Shown: positions 1 through 10,417, counted from the stretch's first letter. The stretch is 64,000 bases of DNA from an uncultured Gammaproteobacteria bacterium (GCA_964427615.1 CAYRUR010000001.1:119303-183302); one strand, 5' to 3'. The notes: generated from the sequence alone by a model not told the origin. Made by a program: numbers and translations.

Positions 1-7
1 AAAAACC

Positions 8-289
8 GTGATTATTATCTATCTTATTTTTGTTATTGCAAATACTATGTTTTCGAGTAAAAAAGACATGGAAGGAATGGTAGGACTTTTGATTATGATA
101 GTAATTCTTCTGGGAGGAGTTCTTTTTGCCGGTGGAGGACCATTTCTTATGGAGCAGGTTTTGGATGTTTTGCATAATAAAGACGTAGATTTTGTTCTTG
201 AACGTTTGATGTATTTTCTTTTATTTCCGTTAGGAATGAATGGATTTTTCCTCTTACTGCCTTTTATATTCTCTCAAAAGAAGATTTAA
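8..289 (+). CDS. small hypothetical membrane protein (possibly 5'-truncated by the window edge)
   Basis: 93-aa ORF with three hydrophobic segments. Confidence 0.5.
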   Translation: MIIIYLIFVIANTMFSSKKDMEGMVGLLIMIVILLGGVLFAGGGPFLMEQVLDVLHNKDVDFVLERLMYFLLFPLGMNGFFLLLPFIFSQKKI

Positions 290-322
290 GAATTTCCTAG
301 TAGGATAAGCGCCTATTCTGTA

Positions 323-658
323 CTATGTGTTGCTGGGAGGCGTGATGTTTTCTGGGCTAACTCCTGTAAGTACCGTAATGAAGTTGAAGATGGTGAAAGA
401 AAGAAGAATAAAGACAAGTCCAATGATAGCATAAGTAAGTGTTTTTTTTGCATTAGCTATTTGTTCTTCATCTCCTCGAGATGTAATATATTTGATGCCT
501 GAGAAAATGATGAAAAAAAGAGCTACGACTGCAGATGCGCCAAGTGCGAAGTTAATGACGTTGCTCAAAACGACCCAAATACACGAAAGCGTAGGTACTC
601 CTTCTATTGTGCAGCTGTCCCAACTCAAAGAAGTAAATGAAGCAAAAAAGCTGTCCAT
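323..658 (-). CDS. CPR-type VirB2/TrbC-like pilin
   Basis: Two TM helices joined by GIKYITSRGDEEQIANAKKTLTYAIIGL, the typical CPR pilin motif. Confidence 0.8.
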   Translation of the reverse strand: MDSFFASFTSLSWDSCTIEGVPTLSCIWVVLSNVINFALGASAVVALFFIIFSGIKYITSRGDEEQIANAKKTLTYAIIGLVFILLSFTIFNFITVLTGVSPENITPPSNT

Positions 659-715
659 ACAATACTATTTATTCTAGTGCAAAGAGAGAAAAAACACAAT
701 ATATGCTAAAAGTCA

Positions 716-1135
716 TTAAGGTCTAGGCTTAATAACGTTGGGAGGATCAGGCTCTGTAAGCGAAGGGATTGTAAGACCAGTGATTCCGTTGCCAGTTATA
801 AGTACAAGAACAAAATTTAATATGACATAGGAAAGTGCAACGAGGACTAAGCCAATAATAGCAGCGATAATAGTTCCTCGTGCTGTTTTCACTTTATCGT
901 CATCTCCTCCTGAAAGAATCCATCTAATTCCTCCATATATTAAGAAGACAAGAGCAATGAGGATAGCGAGCACAAAAGCAGCGTTAACGACAAAACTAAC
1001 CAGTTGTTGCGGGGTTACATTAGTAGGTATGCGAAAGAAAAAATTTAGATCTCTGTCTTCTTGAGCAAAAGCTTGAGGCACGAAAAGTAAAGCAAGAGCA
1101 AGGCTAGCAAAAGTGCTTGATACTATTTTTCTCAT
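716..1135 (-). CDS. CPR-type VirB2/TrbC-like pilin with signal peptide
   Basis: Signal peptide ending AFA-Q; GGIRWILSGGDDDKVKTARGTIIAAIIGL. Confidence 0.8.
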   Translation of the reverse strand: MRKIVSSTFASLALALLFVPQAFAQEDRDLNFFFRIPTNVTPQQLVSFVVNAAFVLAILIALVFLIYGGIRWILSGGDDDKVKTARGTIIAAIIGLVLVALSYVILNFVLVLITGNGITGLTIPSLTEPDPPNVIKPRP

Positions 1136-1243
1136 ATCTGTATTTATTAGATCATGTTTTCACGCACTTGTCAAGGAGGAATTGCTTAATGTTATTAGTT
1201 TATAACTGAAAGAGATATAAATATTGTCTAGTATTTTGATTCA

Positions 1244-1585
1244 TCAATTGGATTGAGCACCAAGGTTTGCAACGAAATCAATTCCTAACAGTGTACCTAC
1301 AAATTGTATGATAACAGCACTCAGGAGTATTACTACAATTCCAATAATTGCATATGTCAGTGTTTTACGTGCTTTTTTGACTTTTTCCTCATCTCCTTGA
1401 GAAGTAATCCAAAGAATTCCTCCCCAGATAAGAAATATTAAAGTAAGGATAATGCCAATTACGAAAAGAATGTTTACTCCGAAAGAAACCAGATTTTCTA
1501 AGGTAACTTCAGGCACTCCAGCAGGAGCTTCTACTTCTACCTGCTTTCCTTCCAATCCAGGTACTTTTAGTGCTAGATACTTCAT
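1244..1585 (-). CDS. CPR-type VirB2/TrbC-like pilin
   Basis: GGILWITSQGDEEKVKKARKTLTYAIIGI. Confidence 0.8.
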   Translation of the reverse strand: MKYLALKVPGLEGKQVEVEAPAGVPEVTLENLVSFGVNILFVIGIILTLIFLIWGGILWITSQGDEEKVKKARKTLTYAIIGIVVILLSAVIIQFVGTLLGIDFVANLGAQSN

Positions 1586-1595
1586 ATTTTATTTA

Positions 1596-2498
1596 TTATC
1601 GTGAAAATCCAGGGAGTTGTAAAATATCAACTCCAATAATTTCTAGTATAGCAAAAGAAAGAAGAATAAAGATAAACCCAATAATAGCTGAGGTAATTGT
1701 TTCTCTTGCGCCTGCAATTTTTTCTTGATCTCCCCGAGAAGTGAGGATCTTATATCCTGCGTATATAAGGAGTACGATAAGAGAGAATGCGGCTATACCT
1801 ATAATCCAGCGGAAAAGAGAAGATATGATACTGGTAGCAGAGGAAGCATCAACTTCCCCAATAGCGGTTTTACACTTGTGGTCTTCAGTACAAGGGATAA
1901 CATTTTCTGGAACTTTTATAGTAGGGTATAGAAAGGCCGTTGATTCAGGAGGAGGGACATGAATATTCTCCTTTAGATAGGTATTGCATGTCTCTTCTGA
2001 AGTGAAAATACCTTGATTGGAACCGCTGCAAATATTCGTGCATTGGCTATTGATAATCACATAACAGGCATCTCCAGAGGGTGGTTGATTACCAGATGAA
2101 TCAACAAGACTCATAGAGCTTTTCGTAGTGCATTGTCCAATAATATGCTTGTCGTCTCCTTTATTGTAAATATAAGCAGTGAATTTATAGGCTGAAGGAG
2201 GGAGTTCCGTAGAAAACTGAAAAGTAACTGGTTTGGCATCAGTATTACTATACTCCTTTGAGGCGAGCTCTGAGTAGGCAATATTGTTGTAAGTTGCAGT
2301 GCTTCCTCCAGCTATTTTTACAATCCCTTCTTCTTTAGTAGGAAACACTCTTACCTCATATGGCTTTCCGTATTGGGCATTAAAAGATGACTCAATGGTA
2401 CACACTTCCTCTGCAAAAGTTGTTCTTGGTAGAAGGGAAAAAAAAGAAATTACAGATAGAAAAGAAAAGACAAAAAGGTAGGAGAAGACTCTCATCAT
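1596..2498 (-). CDS. pilin-like protein with an extended Cys-containing extracellular N-terminal domain
   Basis: Signal peptide, Cys-rich region, C-terminal AGYKILTSRGDQEKIAGARETITSAIIG; start moved to ATG 2498, 6 nt after a TACGAT -10-like box. Confidence 0.75.
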   Translation of the reverse strand: MMRVFSYLFVFSFLSVISFFSLLPRTTFAEEVCTIESSFNAQYGKPYEVRVFPTKEEGIVKIAGGSTATYNNIAYSELASKEYSNTDAKPVTFQFSTELPPSAYKFTAYIYNKGDDKHIIGQCTTKSSMSLVDSSGNQPPSGDACYVIINSQCTNICSGSNQGIFTSEETCNTYLKENIHVPPPESTAFLYPTIKVPENVIPCTEDHKCKTAIGEVDASSATSIISSLFRWIIGIAAFSLIVLLIYAGYKILTSRGDQEKIAGARETITSAIIGFIFILLSFAILEIIGVDILQLPGFSR

Positions 2499-2540
2499 AC
2501 TATCATCGTATAGCAATAAGGATGTGAAAATCAACAGCTA

Positions 2541-3866
2541 TCATCGTGAAAGCTTAATGCCTTTCCCCTTTATGGTGTGCAGATACTGAGGATTATTGGG
2601 GTCTGGTTCTATTTTTTTTCTCAGACGGTAGATGATTTGGTCCAGTGCTTGGTCCGTAACTCCTTCGCGACTGACGGTATCACTCCACACAGCTTCAATA
2701 ATCTCATTTTTCTCACATACTTTTTCTTTGTTGATGACAAGAAAACGCAGAAGTCTGAATTCAAGGGGAGTAAGTTGTTGAGTTAGATCCGCATCTCCTT
2801 TAAAAAGAATATTCTTCTCCTCATCATAATAAATTTCTTGTTTCTCCTTTTGTTTAACTGTTTGTATGTAGGATGCGAAAAAAGGAATGGTAAGTGTGTT
2901 ATTTTGCACAAGTTGTAACAGTTGTAATAACTGGATATCCTCATCTTTAACTCCTTTTTTTAGATGTAAAATATGATTTTTTTCATGGGGAGTCAAGAAA
3001 TCCCATAATTCCTCTAGCGCGCGTTGCATTTGTCTTCTTTGTAACAGAAAAGAGGTGAGATCTTCTGCTGGATTTTTTTTAGGAAGCACTGCTTCTACAG
3101 CAATACGGGTGAGTTTGTTATGTCCTCCTGTAAGAGACAGTATCTCTTTTTCTGTTGCATTATCAAGTTTTTTTTCCAGTATTTCTTCTAGATATTCAAT
3201 ACGGTAGGTAATGCCAACAGTGTTATTAATAGGTATAAAAACAGTATTGCCTGCAAGGTACTGATGAAATTCAGCAAACGTCATAGTATCAAGTAGCAAA
3301 TCTAAAGGTCTGGGAAGAGAAAAAATGCATGAAAAACGGTCATGCATAAGTTCTTTTAAAATGGTAAGGTTGATAAAAAACTGCTCTGTAACATCCGGCA
3401 AATATAACTCGAACCTATCAATTAAAAAGACAAGGGTTAACTCTTCCTCAAGCGCAAGGTATTCTACTGCGTCTTTTAGAGCGCGGAATAACACCAGTTC
3501 ATCATCAGCAAGCTGTAGCGCTTTTTTGAATAAGTCATCTACGAAAGCTGCTTCTTTTATTTTTCTGCGTTCTGTTAAAGAATGGGAAAGAGAGATGAGG
3601 AAAAATTTAGTAATGTCTTTCAGGGGCCTTTTATGTACTTCTGAAAAGTCCAAATACACAAAGTGAAATGAAGCAGAGCGTTCTTTCAAGTGGTAATCTC
3701 GTACTGTTCTATTGTAGGCAAGTAATTTTAGGAGGGTACTTTTTCCAGATCCAGGTACTCCGACAATTTGGCATGAAACACCTGTTTTGATAAAGCTCAG
3801 TGCTTTCTCAATTTCTCTGGCCATAGTATCTTCTGGAAATTGTGCTTCAAAGTATCTGTCTTGCAT
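2541..3866 (-). CDS. P-loop NTPase fused to an OmpR/PhoB-type winged-helix DNA-binding domain
   Basis: Walker A GVPGSGKS; C-terminal LTPLEFRLLRFL...LDQIIYRLRKKIEPDPNNPQYLHTIKGKG; start at ATG 3866 after TATAAT. Confidence 0.8.
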   Translation of the reverse strand: MQDRYFEAQFPEDTMAREIEKALSFIKTGVSCQIVGVPGSGKSTLLKLLAYNRTVRDYHLKERSASFHFVYLDFSEVHKRPLKDITKFFLISLSHSLTERRKIKEAAFVDDLFKKALQLADDELVLFRALKDAVEYLALEEELTLVFLIDRFELYLPDVTEQFFINLTILKELMHDRFSCIFSLPRPLDLLLDTMTFAEFHQYLAGNTVFIPINNTVGITYRIEYLEEILEKKLDNATEKEILSLTGGHNKLTRIAVEAVLPKKNPAEDLTSFLLQRRQMQRALEELWDFLTPHEKNHILHLKKGVKDEDIQLLQLLQLVQNNTLTIPFFASYIQTVKQKEKQEIYYDEEKNILFKGDADLTQQLTPLEFRLLRFLVINKEKVCEKNEIIEAVWSDTVSREGVTDQALDQIIYRLRKKIEPDPNNPQYLHTIKGKGIKLSR

Positions 3867-3958
3867 ATCCTTATTATAACTGAATTGTGAGGTTGTTGTG
3901 AGGAAAGTATCAAGTACAAAGAATGTTATTTTTTTACAATGTGCGCATGAGAGAAAGA

Positions 3959-3988
3959 TTGACACTAGCTAAAACAATATCATATGCT
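3959..3988 (+). promoter_or_regulatory. sigma70-type promoter of the large ORF
   Basis: TTGACA-18 nt-TATGCT, 9 nt before ATG 3998. Confidence 0.55.
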
Positions 3989-3997
3989 GAATACAGT

Positions 3998-6900
3998 ATG
4001 GAGCCAGCTGAAGTCTATAATGAGTCTCATGTGTCAGAAAGTGGAAAACTTTCCTCTAGTGGTACTTCTCATGAACATCAAAAGGGAAAAAGACCCTTTC
4101 TTCAAGTAGTTGCTCGAGATGGAGAGGCTGTAAGTGCTACAGGACAAGATAGCTTAGATGATGTAGCCGGTCCTGAACCTATTCTTTTTCCAAGCTACCT
4201 TCAAGAAGAACCCTCACCACTTTCTATAAATTCTCAAGAAAAAGGAAAGGTAAAACACGACCTCACACCTCATGAATTATTTGAAGAAGAAAGGTGGGAA
4301 GAATCTTCTTTAGAAGAGAAAATAAGAGAACGTGTGAGTCAAGTAAAAAGTAAAAGAGAAATGGAAAGCTACCTCAGTAAAAATGGTCCTTTAGTAAATG
4401 AAATGCGAAAAGCTATTCAAGAATATGCTAGTTTGCGACTTAATAATATAAGAGAGATAGATCGTATGACCGCAGAACTAACTGGAAAATTTTACCAACA
4501 GCTGGAAGAGGCAATTCATTCTATTGATGGTACTTTACTGGAAGAAGAATGGTTGCAAGAAGCTGAATCAAAACTAAATCCCTTTATTTACGGACTGCTG
4601 CATGCAAAAAATGAAGTAGAGGCATTGAGAATGGAGACAAATGTCTCCAATCCTTCCCCTGAGCCTAGTGGTAGTTTAAGTGCTACTACATCTATGCAGC
4701 CAGAGGAAGAAGGACCTGCGGGTGGTGGGGGAGCTGGTGGAGGAGAAGGAGGCGGCGGAGGAGCTGGTGGAGGATTTGAAGGAGGCTTTGATTATTGGTA
4801 TATCAGCCCTGAAAGAAAAAGGAGAAATCCTGAAGATATAGAGGATTTAGCGGTGGGAATTATGTTTTCAGACCCTCAAAAATGGGGAAGTCTTATGTAT
4901 GTGCGCGAGCGCTATGAAAGTGCTCCAGGAGAACGTGATGGAGCTATTGAAATAGTAGAAAATGGTACAACAAGAATATTAACGCAAGGAGAACATCCGA
5001 TGTTTGATACTGTTTATATACCAAATGAGGGAGAAAGAATTACCTTGAAAGATGGAGATCAAGTTATAGATGAAGAAGTTGGAGCGTCAACTGAACAAGG
5101 TAGAGTAAGAGGAAAGACTACAGAGATAGAAGTTTTAGAAATGAATAGATATATTATGCATGATGGACAAAAATATGAGGTTGGAACTTATGAAATAAGA
5201 AGAATTAAGGGAACTAACGATGTTGTGGATATTGATCCTCGAGATATAAAAGGAAAAATTACAGAGGTATTTAACAAGGATAACTTTTTAAGGTGGGATA
5301 GAGAGCGGGTAGTAACCATTGATATGCAAGATCCTTTTGCTCCGCAAAAATTTTATTCTGAAGTAGATGTGAGTGATCCTAACTGGCTGCGGGGGCATTT
5401 TCCAATGGGACAACTTATGAAAGAAGACAGATGGTGGTTGCTTAAAAATGGAGAAAAAGTTACCGATTTACAGGATGCAACTGTCGACGTGCTTTCTGGA
5501 GCTGGAAATATTCTTAATGGAGGAAAAGAATATAACTTTGTAATGCCTAAAGAATCAGAACTGGTAAAGTATCTCGATGGGGTATATTCTCAGAATACAT
5601 GGACACGAGAATCGGGTGGTATTAGTTATCTTCGTAGGATTTTTGAAATGCCACAAAATTTAAGTGATCACGGAGAATATGATGAGGTTGGGGGAGATAT
5701 TAAAGTTGGGAGTGCTATTAGAAGCATGACTTTGCATTGGTACTACTCGACAGATTTTGAAAAACTAGTGGAGTTATATGGTGAAGATTATACTTTTTTT
5801 AAACGTTCTTATTGGGAAAATGCGCTAAGCAAAGTTGCAAAACAAACAAGTTTTAAAAGTGACTTATCAGAAGAAGAGCTAAGAGCATCAGGTGATTGGG
5901 GTGGGCTTGTTCAATACGATATAAATACCTTTTTCAAAGGGGATGAGGATACTATGGATATCTTTAAAAGAAACAATGATGGGTCATTTGTATTAGAGAA
6001 TGGGAAAAAAGTTGTAGATCCTCAGAAGGCTATGGAAATAGTTAAAAAAATTAACATCTTTGTTCCTCAAAGACCTGACGCAGATAAGTTGGTTGTGAGA
6101 GATGTTTTAAAAAATGGTATTGGAGAATTTTATGGCCTTCAAGATGATAAAGACAACCTCAATTTCGCTGAACTAATCGCTTTTCGGATTTGTTATCCAA
6201 CAGGAATTAATGCCAGGAATGATATTGTACATGCAGGCATGGACGCTTGGGTAAAGTGGCAACGTACTTTTTGGTACCGTAATAAGCAATTGGATGGAGA
6301 TAGAGGAGGATCTGCCGGAAATTACTATAATATGCAAATTTTTAGACAACTAGGAGCAGATTTTTTTACAGGGATTGATACATTAACGGGTAATTCAATT
6401 CTCCAACTTATGGAGGAGGCAGAAAAAGAAGTTAGAAGAGATAGTGAAAATAATAGAGGTGTGAGGACACAAAAAATTTTGGATACCCAAAAAAAGTTGC
6501 GGTTCTCAGCTGATTCTCAGAGACAATTTCTTTCAAATCAAATTAAAAATGCTGCGGGAATGTACGAGAGTCTCACTGACCTAAAAGAAATAAGCTTCCA
6601 AAAATATTCAAAACTCGTTGAGGGTAGACTGGAAATAGATGAAGCAGCGTTTAGTGAAGACCTTAAAGGAGGAGTAATAAAACCTTTGCGTTATATGATT
6701 AGTACTTGGAAACAGCTTGATTTTGGAGAAGAAGAGAGAACAATGATTCCAATAATCAACGAGAAAGGAGAAGCAAAGGAGGGAGAATATAAGACAGTAA
6801 CAAGGCTTGAAGCATATTTTGGAGAAGCAACAGCAGCAGTTTTTAGGAATGATAAGGCCTGGGATTTTGGAGATGCATTAAAAGGGAGAATAGACAGTCT

Positions 6901-7522
6901 TTCCGAGGCGGATTCACGTAAGGCAATAGAAGATTATCTGTCATTTCTTGTTAACCCTAATCCCGAAAAAGATGAAGATAAAGGAAAAGCAGATAAAACG
7001 GCTAAAAAATTAGCATCAGCATACTCTCAAGAATTTATAGGAAAAGATTTTTCAGAACTCACTAGCATTGAGAGAAAGCAACTTTTAACTAAATTAACTG
7101 AAACAAAAGGAATGCTTTCCATTGGAGAAGCAAAAGTAGTAAATGATGTACATAGAACTCATCTTTTTAAATATGCAGTGGCATTTTACGCAGGTACTCA
7201 ATTGCTTGCTCATAGAAAAAATGTTAGCCGCAATTATTTTGAAAAATACGACATTATAGAAAGTCGTACCTTTTTACGTCTTCTTGATTCTATTCCTGGT
7301 AAAGCAATTTTTGATGAAGATGATCTGAGAAATACGCGAGTTGATGGAAATTTCTTTGGAAAAGATATGTATGGAAGGGACTATATGGAGTTTATTAAAG
7401 CACTGTCTAATACTACGACAGGTAAATTATGGACTGGTCACTTAATACTTTTGCTTTTAGGTGCAATGAGAGAAGCTTTTGGAGAGTCTACAGAAGAACT
7501 TACAAAAGGAATTGCTGCTTAA
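3998..7522 (+). CDS. large hypothetical protein (~1170 aa) with a Gly-rich linker
   Basis: Long uninterrupted ORF; GGGGAGGGEGGGGGAGGG stretch; no recognised domain. Confidence 0.8.
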   Translation: MEPAEVYNESHVSESGKLSSSGTSHEHQKGKRPFLQVVARDGEAVSATGQDSLDDVAGPEPILFPSYLQEEPSPLSINSQEKGKVKHDLTPHELFEEERWEESSLEEKIRERVSQVKSKREMESYLSKNGPLVNEMRKAIQEYASLRLNNIREIDRMTAELTGKFYQQLEEAIHSIDGTLLEEEWLQEAESKLNPFIYGLLHAKNEVEALRMETNVSNPSPEPSGSLSATTSMQPEEEGPAGGGGAGGGEGGGGGAGGGFEGGFDYWYISPERKRRNPEDIEDLAVGIMFSDPQKWGSLMYVRERYESAPGERDGAIEIVENGTTRILTQGEHPMFDTVYIPNEGERITLKDGDQVIDEEVGASTEQGRVRGKTTEIEVLEMNRYIMHDGQKYEVGTYEIRRIKGTNDVVDIDPRDIKGKITEVFNKDNFLRWDRERVVTIDMQDPFAPQKFYSEVDVSDPNWLRGHFPMGQLMKEDRWWLLKNGEKVTDLQDATVDVLSGAGNILNGGKEYNFVMPKESELVKYLDGVYSQNTWTRESGGISYLRRIFEMPQNLSDHGEYDEVGGDIKVGSAIRSMTLHWYYSTDFEKLVELYGEDYTFFKRSYWENALSKVAKQTSFKSDLSEEELRASGDWGGLVQYDINTFFKGDEDTMDIFKRNNDGSFVLENGKKVVDPQKAMEIVKKINIFVPQRPDADKLVVRDVLKNGIGEFYGLQDDKDNLNFAELIAFRICYPTGINARNDIVHAGMDAWVKWQRTFWYRNKQLDGDRGGSAGNYYNMQIFRQLGADFFTGIDTLTGNSILQLMEEAEKEVRRDSENNRGVRTQKILDTQKKLRFSADSQRQFLSNQIKNAAGMYESLTDLKEISFQKYSKLVEGRLEIDEAAFSEDLKGGVIKPLRYMISTWKQLDFGEEERTMIPIINEKGEAKEGEYKTVTRLEAYFGEATAAVFRNDKAWDFGDALKGRIDSLSEADSRKAIEDYLSFLVNPNPEKDEDKGKADKTAKKLASAYSQEFIGKDFSELTSIERKQLLTKLTETKGMLSIGEAKVVNDVHRTHLFKYAVAFYAGTQLLAHRKNVSRNYFEKYDIIESRTFLRLLDSIPGKAIFDEDDLRNTRVDGNFFGKDMYGRDYMEFIKALSNTTTGKLWTGHLILLLLGAMREAFGESTEELTKGIAA

Positions 7523-7570
7523 AAGAGAGATAGAGAGTCTATTCTTAGATTATCTTTCTTCTTCTCTTGT

Positions 7571-9397
7571 CTAGATCGGGCTCCGTTCTCTTCTACTAGA
7601 TCTACGATTTAGTAGTCTTCTTTTTTCATCATCTGTAAGATTTGGCAACCTTCTTATTTCCTCCTCAGTATATGGCTGCAAATCATCTCGCAGACCTAAC
7701 CCCCAATTTCTTAATGAACTGCTATTGCTGCGTGAAAGACGTTGAGCTAACGGTCGCTTTATTCTTTCATCATATGCAGTACTGAGAGGGCCTGTAGCTA
7801 CACCCTCTTTATTTCTTGCAAAGAGCACATTCTTAGGGATTCCTGCAAATGGTTTTACTACTTGTGCTCCAATCCCTAAGCTGTTTGGAATAGCTTGTGC
7901 ATATTTAAGTGAAGGAGTATTAAGCTTGTCTTTGATCATGTTAATAACTTCTGGGGTGATAAGAATAGTTGCCATACCAAAAAGAGCTGATAATGCTTCT
8001 GGAGCACCGGGATTACCAATAAGTGGAGGAGTGAAGTACTCTTCTCCTGGAGCAAAGGCGCTCATAAGCACCTTTGCAATCAAAAACATAAATATAGTTG
8101 CTGGAAATACAAGTAAGTACGTGATGATATATTTTAGCCATGCTCCGAAACCTAGACCTGAGTTAGGAATAATTCCCATGGCAATCCAAAAAGGAGAGAG
8201 TATAACTGCTAGAAGTACTCTGATGTAAGACGTAAGGAGTCGGAACCAAATTCGTACAAGTGTTATAAATATAGCTATAGATACAATGAAAAACATAATC
8301 ATTCCTCCTAATATCCCGGCCACACTACCAATAACATTGACGTCCTCGGTACAATCCCACATCGCATCAAGACTAATACCAGTAACCCGGGAGATAATAC
8401 CTCCATCTGATTCAATATGTTGAATTACACAATCTTGGTATACTGGACTGACTGACTGAGGTATGAGAAATATAATACGAGTAACAGTTTGGGTAATGGT
8501 ATTATGAAAAATTCCTAAATTATTTATTACATTGGAGATTACTTCTCCTGTACCCAAAGCTATCTTAAAAGGTATTATGAAAAATCCTATTCCGAGTTCG
8601 CTATCGGTGAAAGGAAGGGGAAGATTGTATAGGTGATTGGCAAAGCCAAAAGGAGTGTTAAAAGCATATTTAAGCATATTTCCTAATGCTCCTGATTCAT
8701 CAAGGGGTGAGAAAGTAGCAAATAAGAGCAGTAATAACACCCACATCATGTCTATCAGAAATCCTGCAATGGGAAAGGAAAAGGTGACAAGCACAAGCGT
8801 AATAATAATTTTAGGAATTTGATTTTGAACAGCCATTACTGCTCTATCATTGAGTTTAAATCTGAACATAATGCCAAGGCCAATGATAACTACAATAAGG
8901 CTAAAAAGAAGATACACAATATTTCTAAACTGTATCCAAATCTTCTGAATAGGTTTTAAGCCTTCAAACCCTATTCCTCCCTCTTCTGCAGCTTGTGCTT
9001 TTTTAGAAAACCCAAAGTTGTGAGAAAGGTAGGTGGCGTAATCATTGCTAGATATAGGGAAGTTGTACGTCATTCCTATAAGTTGTCCCATTTGATTGAC
9101 AGCACCACCATTATTATCTACATAGGTAATCTTCTTTGTTTGAGGATCAACTCCAAGGCATTTTCCGTTAGGTGAAATAGGATCTGCACCTATTACAAAA
9201 CAAGTATAAGTAGAAAAGAACTCAATGAATAAGCTCTGGGTGAATGTGTGGAGGTTTTTTGGTACCGATGCGTCTACATTGGGCTCCAGGTAGCTTGATG
9301 ACTCTATGTTTTGTGCGCTCACTGGAAAAACAAAAAACTTAGTAAAAAGAAGCGTAAAGACAAAAAAGGTCAAAATGGGCAATAACAACTTTTTCAT
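7571..9397 (-). CDS. polytopic membrane protein, VirB6/TrbL-like (CPR type)
   Basis: Signal peptide, IWIQFRNIVY and IPKIIITLVLVTFSFPIAGFLID motifs, several TM helices; near the pilins. Confidence 0.6.
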   Translation of the reverse strand: MKKLLLPILTFFVFTLLFTKFFVFPVSAQNIESSSYLEPNVDASVPKNLHTFTQSLFIEFFSTYTCFVIGADPISPNGKCLGVDPQTKKITYVDNNGGAVNQMGQLIGMTYNFPISSNDYATYLSHNFGFSKKAQAAEEGGIGFEGLKPIQKIWIQFRNIVYLLFSLIVVIIGLGIMFRFKLNDRAVMAVQNQIPKIIITLVLVTFSFPIAGFLIDMMWVLLLLLFATFSPLDESGALGNMLKYAFNTPFGFANHLYNLPLPFTDSELGIGFFIIPFKIALGTGEVISNVINNLGIFHNTITQTVTRIIFLIPQSVSPVYQDCVIQHIESDGGIISRVTGISLDAMWDCTEDVNVIGSVAGILGGMIMFFIVSIAIFITLVRIWFRLLTSYIRVLLAVILSPFWIAMGIIPNSGLGFGAWLKYIITYLLVFPATIFMFLIAKVLMSAFAPGEEYFTPPLIGNPGAPEALSALFGMATILITPEVINMIKDKLNTPSLKYAQAIPNSLGIGAQVVKPFAGIPKNVLFARNKEGVATGPLSTAYDERIKRPLAQRLSRSNSSSLRNWGLGLRDDLQPYTEEEIRRLPNLTDDEKRRLLNRRSSRRERSPI

Positions 9398-9516
9398 AAG
9401 GTAGGAGAATTTTTAGTATTCATAGATAAGTATGGAGAAAAAAGAGGAGTAAAGTCAAGAATGGGAAAAGACTTTCGTTGACACTTTTTCCTATAATAGA
9501 GTATAGTATCAAAAAT

Positions 9517-10083
9517 ATGGTAAAAGGGGCTTTATTTTTAAGTATTGTAACCTTCTTCTTTTTGGTACAGCCTATTTTTGCCCAAAATACGCTAGATGCC
9601 ACAGAAAGTGCTGCGCCTTATGCCTCTGGTTCTGCAGTTAAAGAAGTTTCTGTTCAGTACGAATTGCCTTATCCAGGACTTTTACCAGATCATCCTCTTT
9701 ATTTCTTGAAAATGACACGGGATAAAATTGTGGGTTTATTGATCAATGATCCTTTAAAAAAAGCGGAATTTAATCTTTTAAACGCTGATAAGCGGATGCA
9801 TGCAGGAGTACTGCTAGTAAAAAAGAAAGAATATGATCTGGCAGTTACTACTATTTCTAAAAGTATCAATTATGTTGAAGAAGCACGGGTAGCGGAAATG
9901 AAGGCAAAGCAAGCCGGAAAATACACGCCTCCTTTTGAATCAAAGCTTGAAACAGCACTGGCAAAACATACAGAACTAACACAGATGCTTGTACAAAACA
10001 TGGACAAAAAATATGTGCAACAATTTAAAAATGAGTTGAAAAGAATGCGAGAATTGCAAAAAAGAATGGGAAAAAAGCATTAA
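9517..10083 (+). CDS. DUF5667-like secreted helical protein
   Basis: YELPYPGLLPDHPLYFLKMTRDKI motif; signal peptide; TTGACA (9478) and TATAGT upstream. Confidence 0.75.
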   Translation: MVKGALFLSIVTFFFLVQPIFAQNTLDATESAAPYASGSAVKEVSVQYELPYPGLLPDHPLYFLKMTRDKIVGLLINDPLKKAEFNLLNADKRMHAGVLLVKKKEYDLAVTTISKSINYVEEARVAEMKAKQAGKYTPPFESKLETALAKHTELTQMLVQNMDKKYVQQFKNELKRMRELQKRMGKKH

Positions 10084-10300
10084 CTCTTCTATTTTGAGCC
10101 TGCCTTTTTGAATTGTCCTTTGGTTATTTATTTTCTTTGTTGAAAAGTGCATATGAGTTTCTCCATAGAAATAAGAGGAAAAATGATTCAAAAGAATAAT
10201 AAAAATGTACGTTTTTAGTTGCCAGAAATTGCTTTTTCTTTGTCAGAGCTCTTACATAATCAAATTGAAGCTAAAGCAAAAAATGATATAGTTTGTTATA

Positions 10301-10329
10301 TTGACTTAACAGATTTAGTGTTCTACTAT
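10301..10329 (+). promoter_or_regulatory. sigma70 promoter of nrdR-nrdJ
   Basis: TTGACT-17 nt-TACTAT. Confidence 0.65.
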
Positions 10330-10353
10330 TGTCTCTGACACTAGATGTAAAAA
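10306..10353 (+). promoter_or_regulatory. tandem NrdR boxes
   Basis: TTAACAGATTTAGTGT (10306-10321) and ACACTAGATGTAAAAA (10338-10353) resemble acaCwAtATaTwGtgt and start 32 bp apart. Confidence 0.65.
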
Positions 10354-10417
10354 GAAAATTTACATTTGGTAAAAGCTCTTTAATTAAGAAAGAAGCACCT
10401 TTAAAAATCGTAATACT

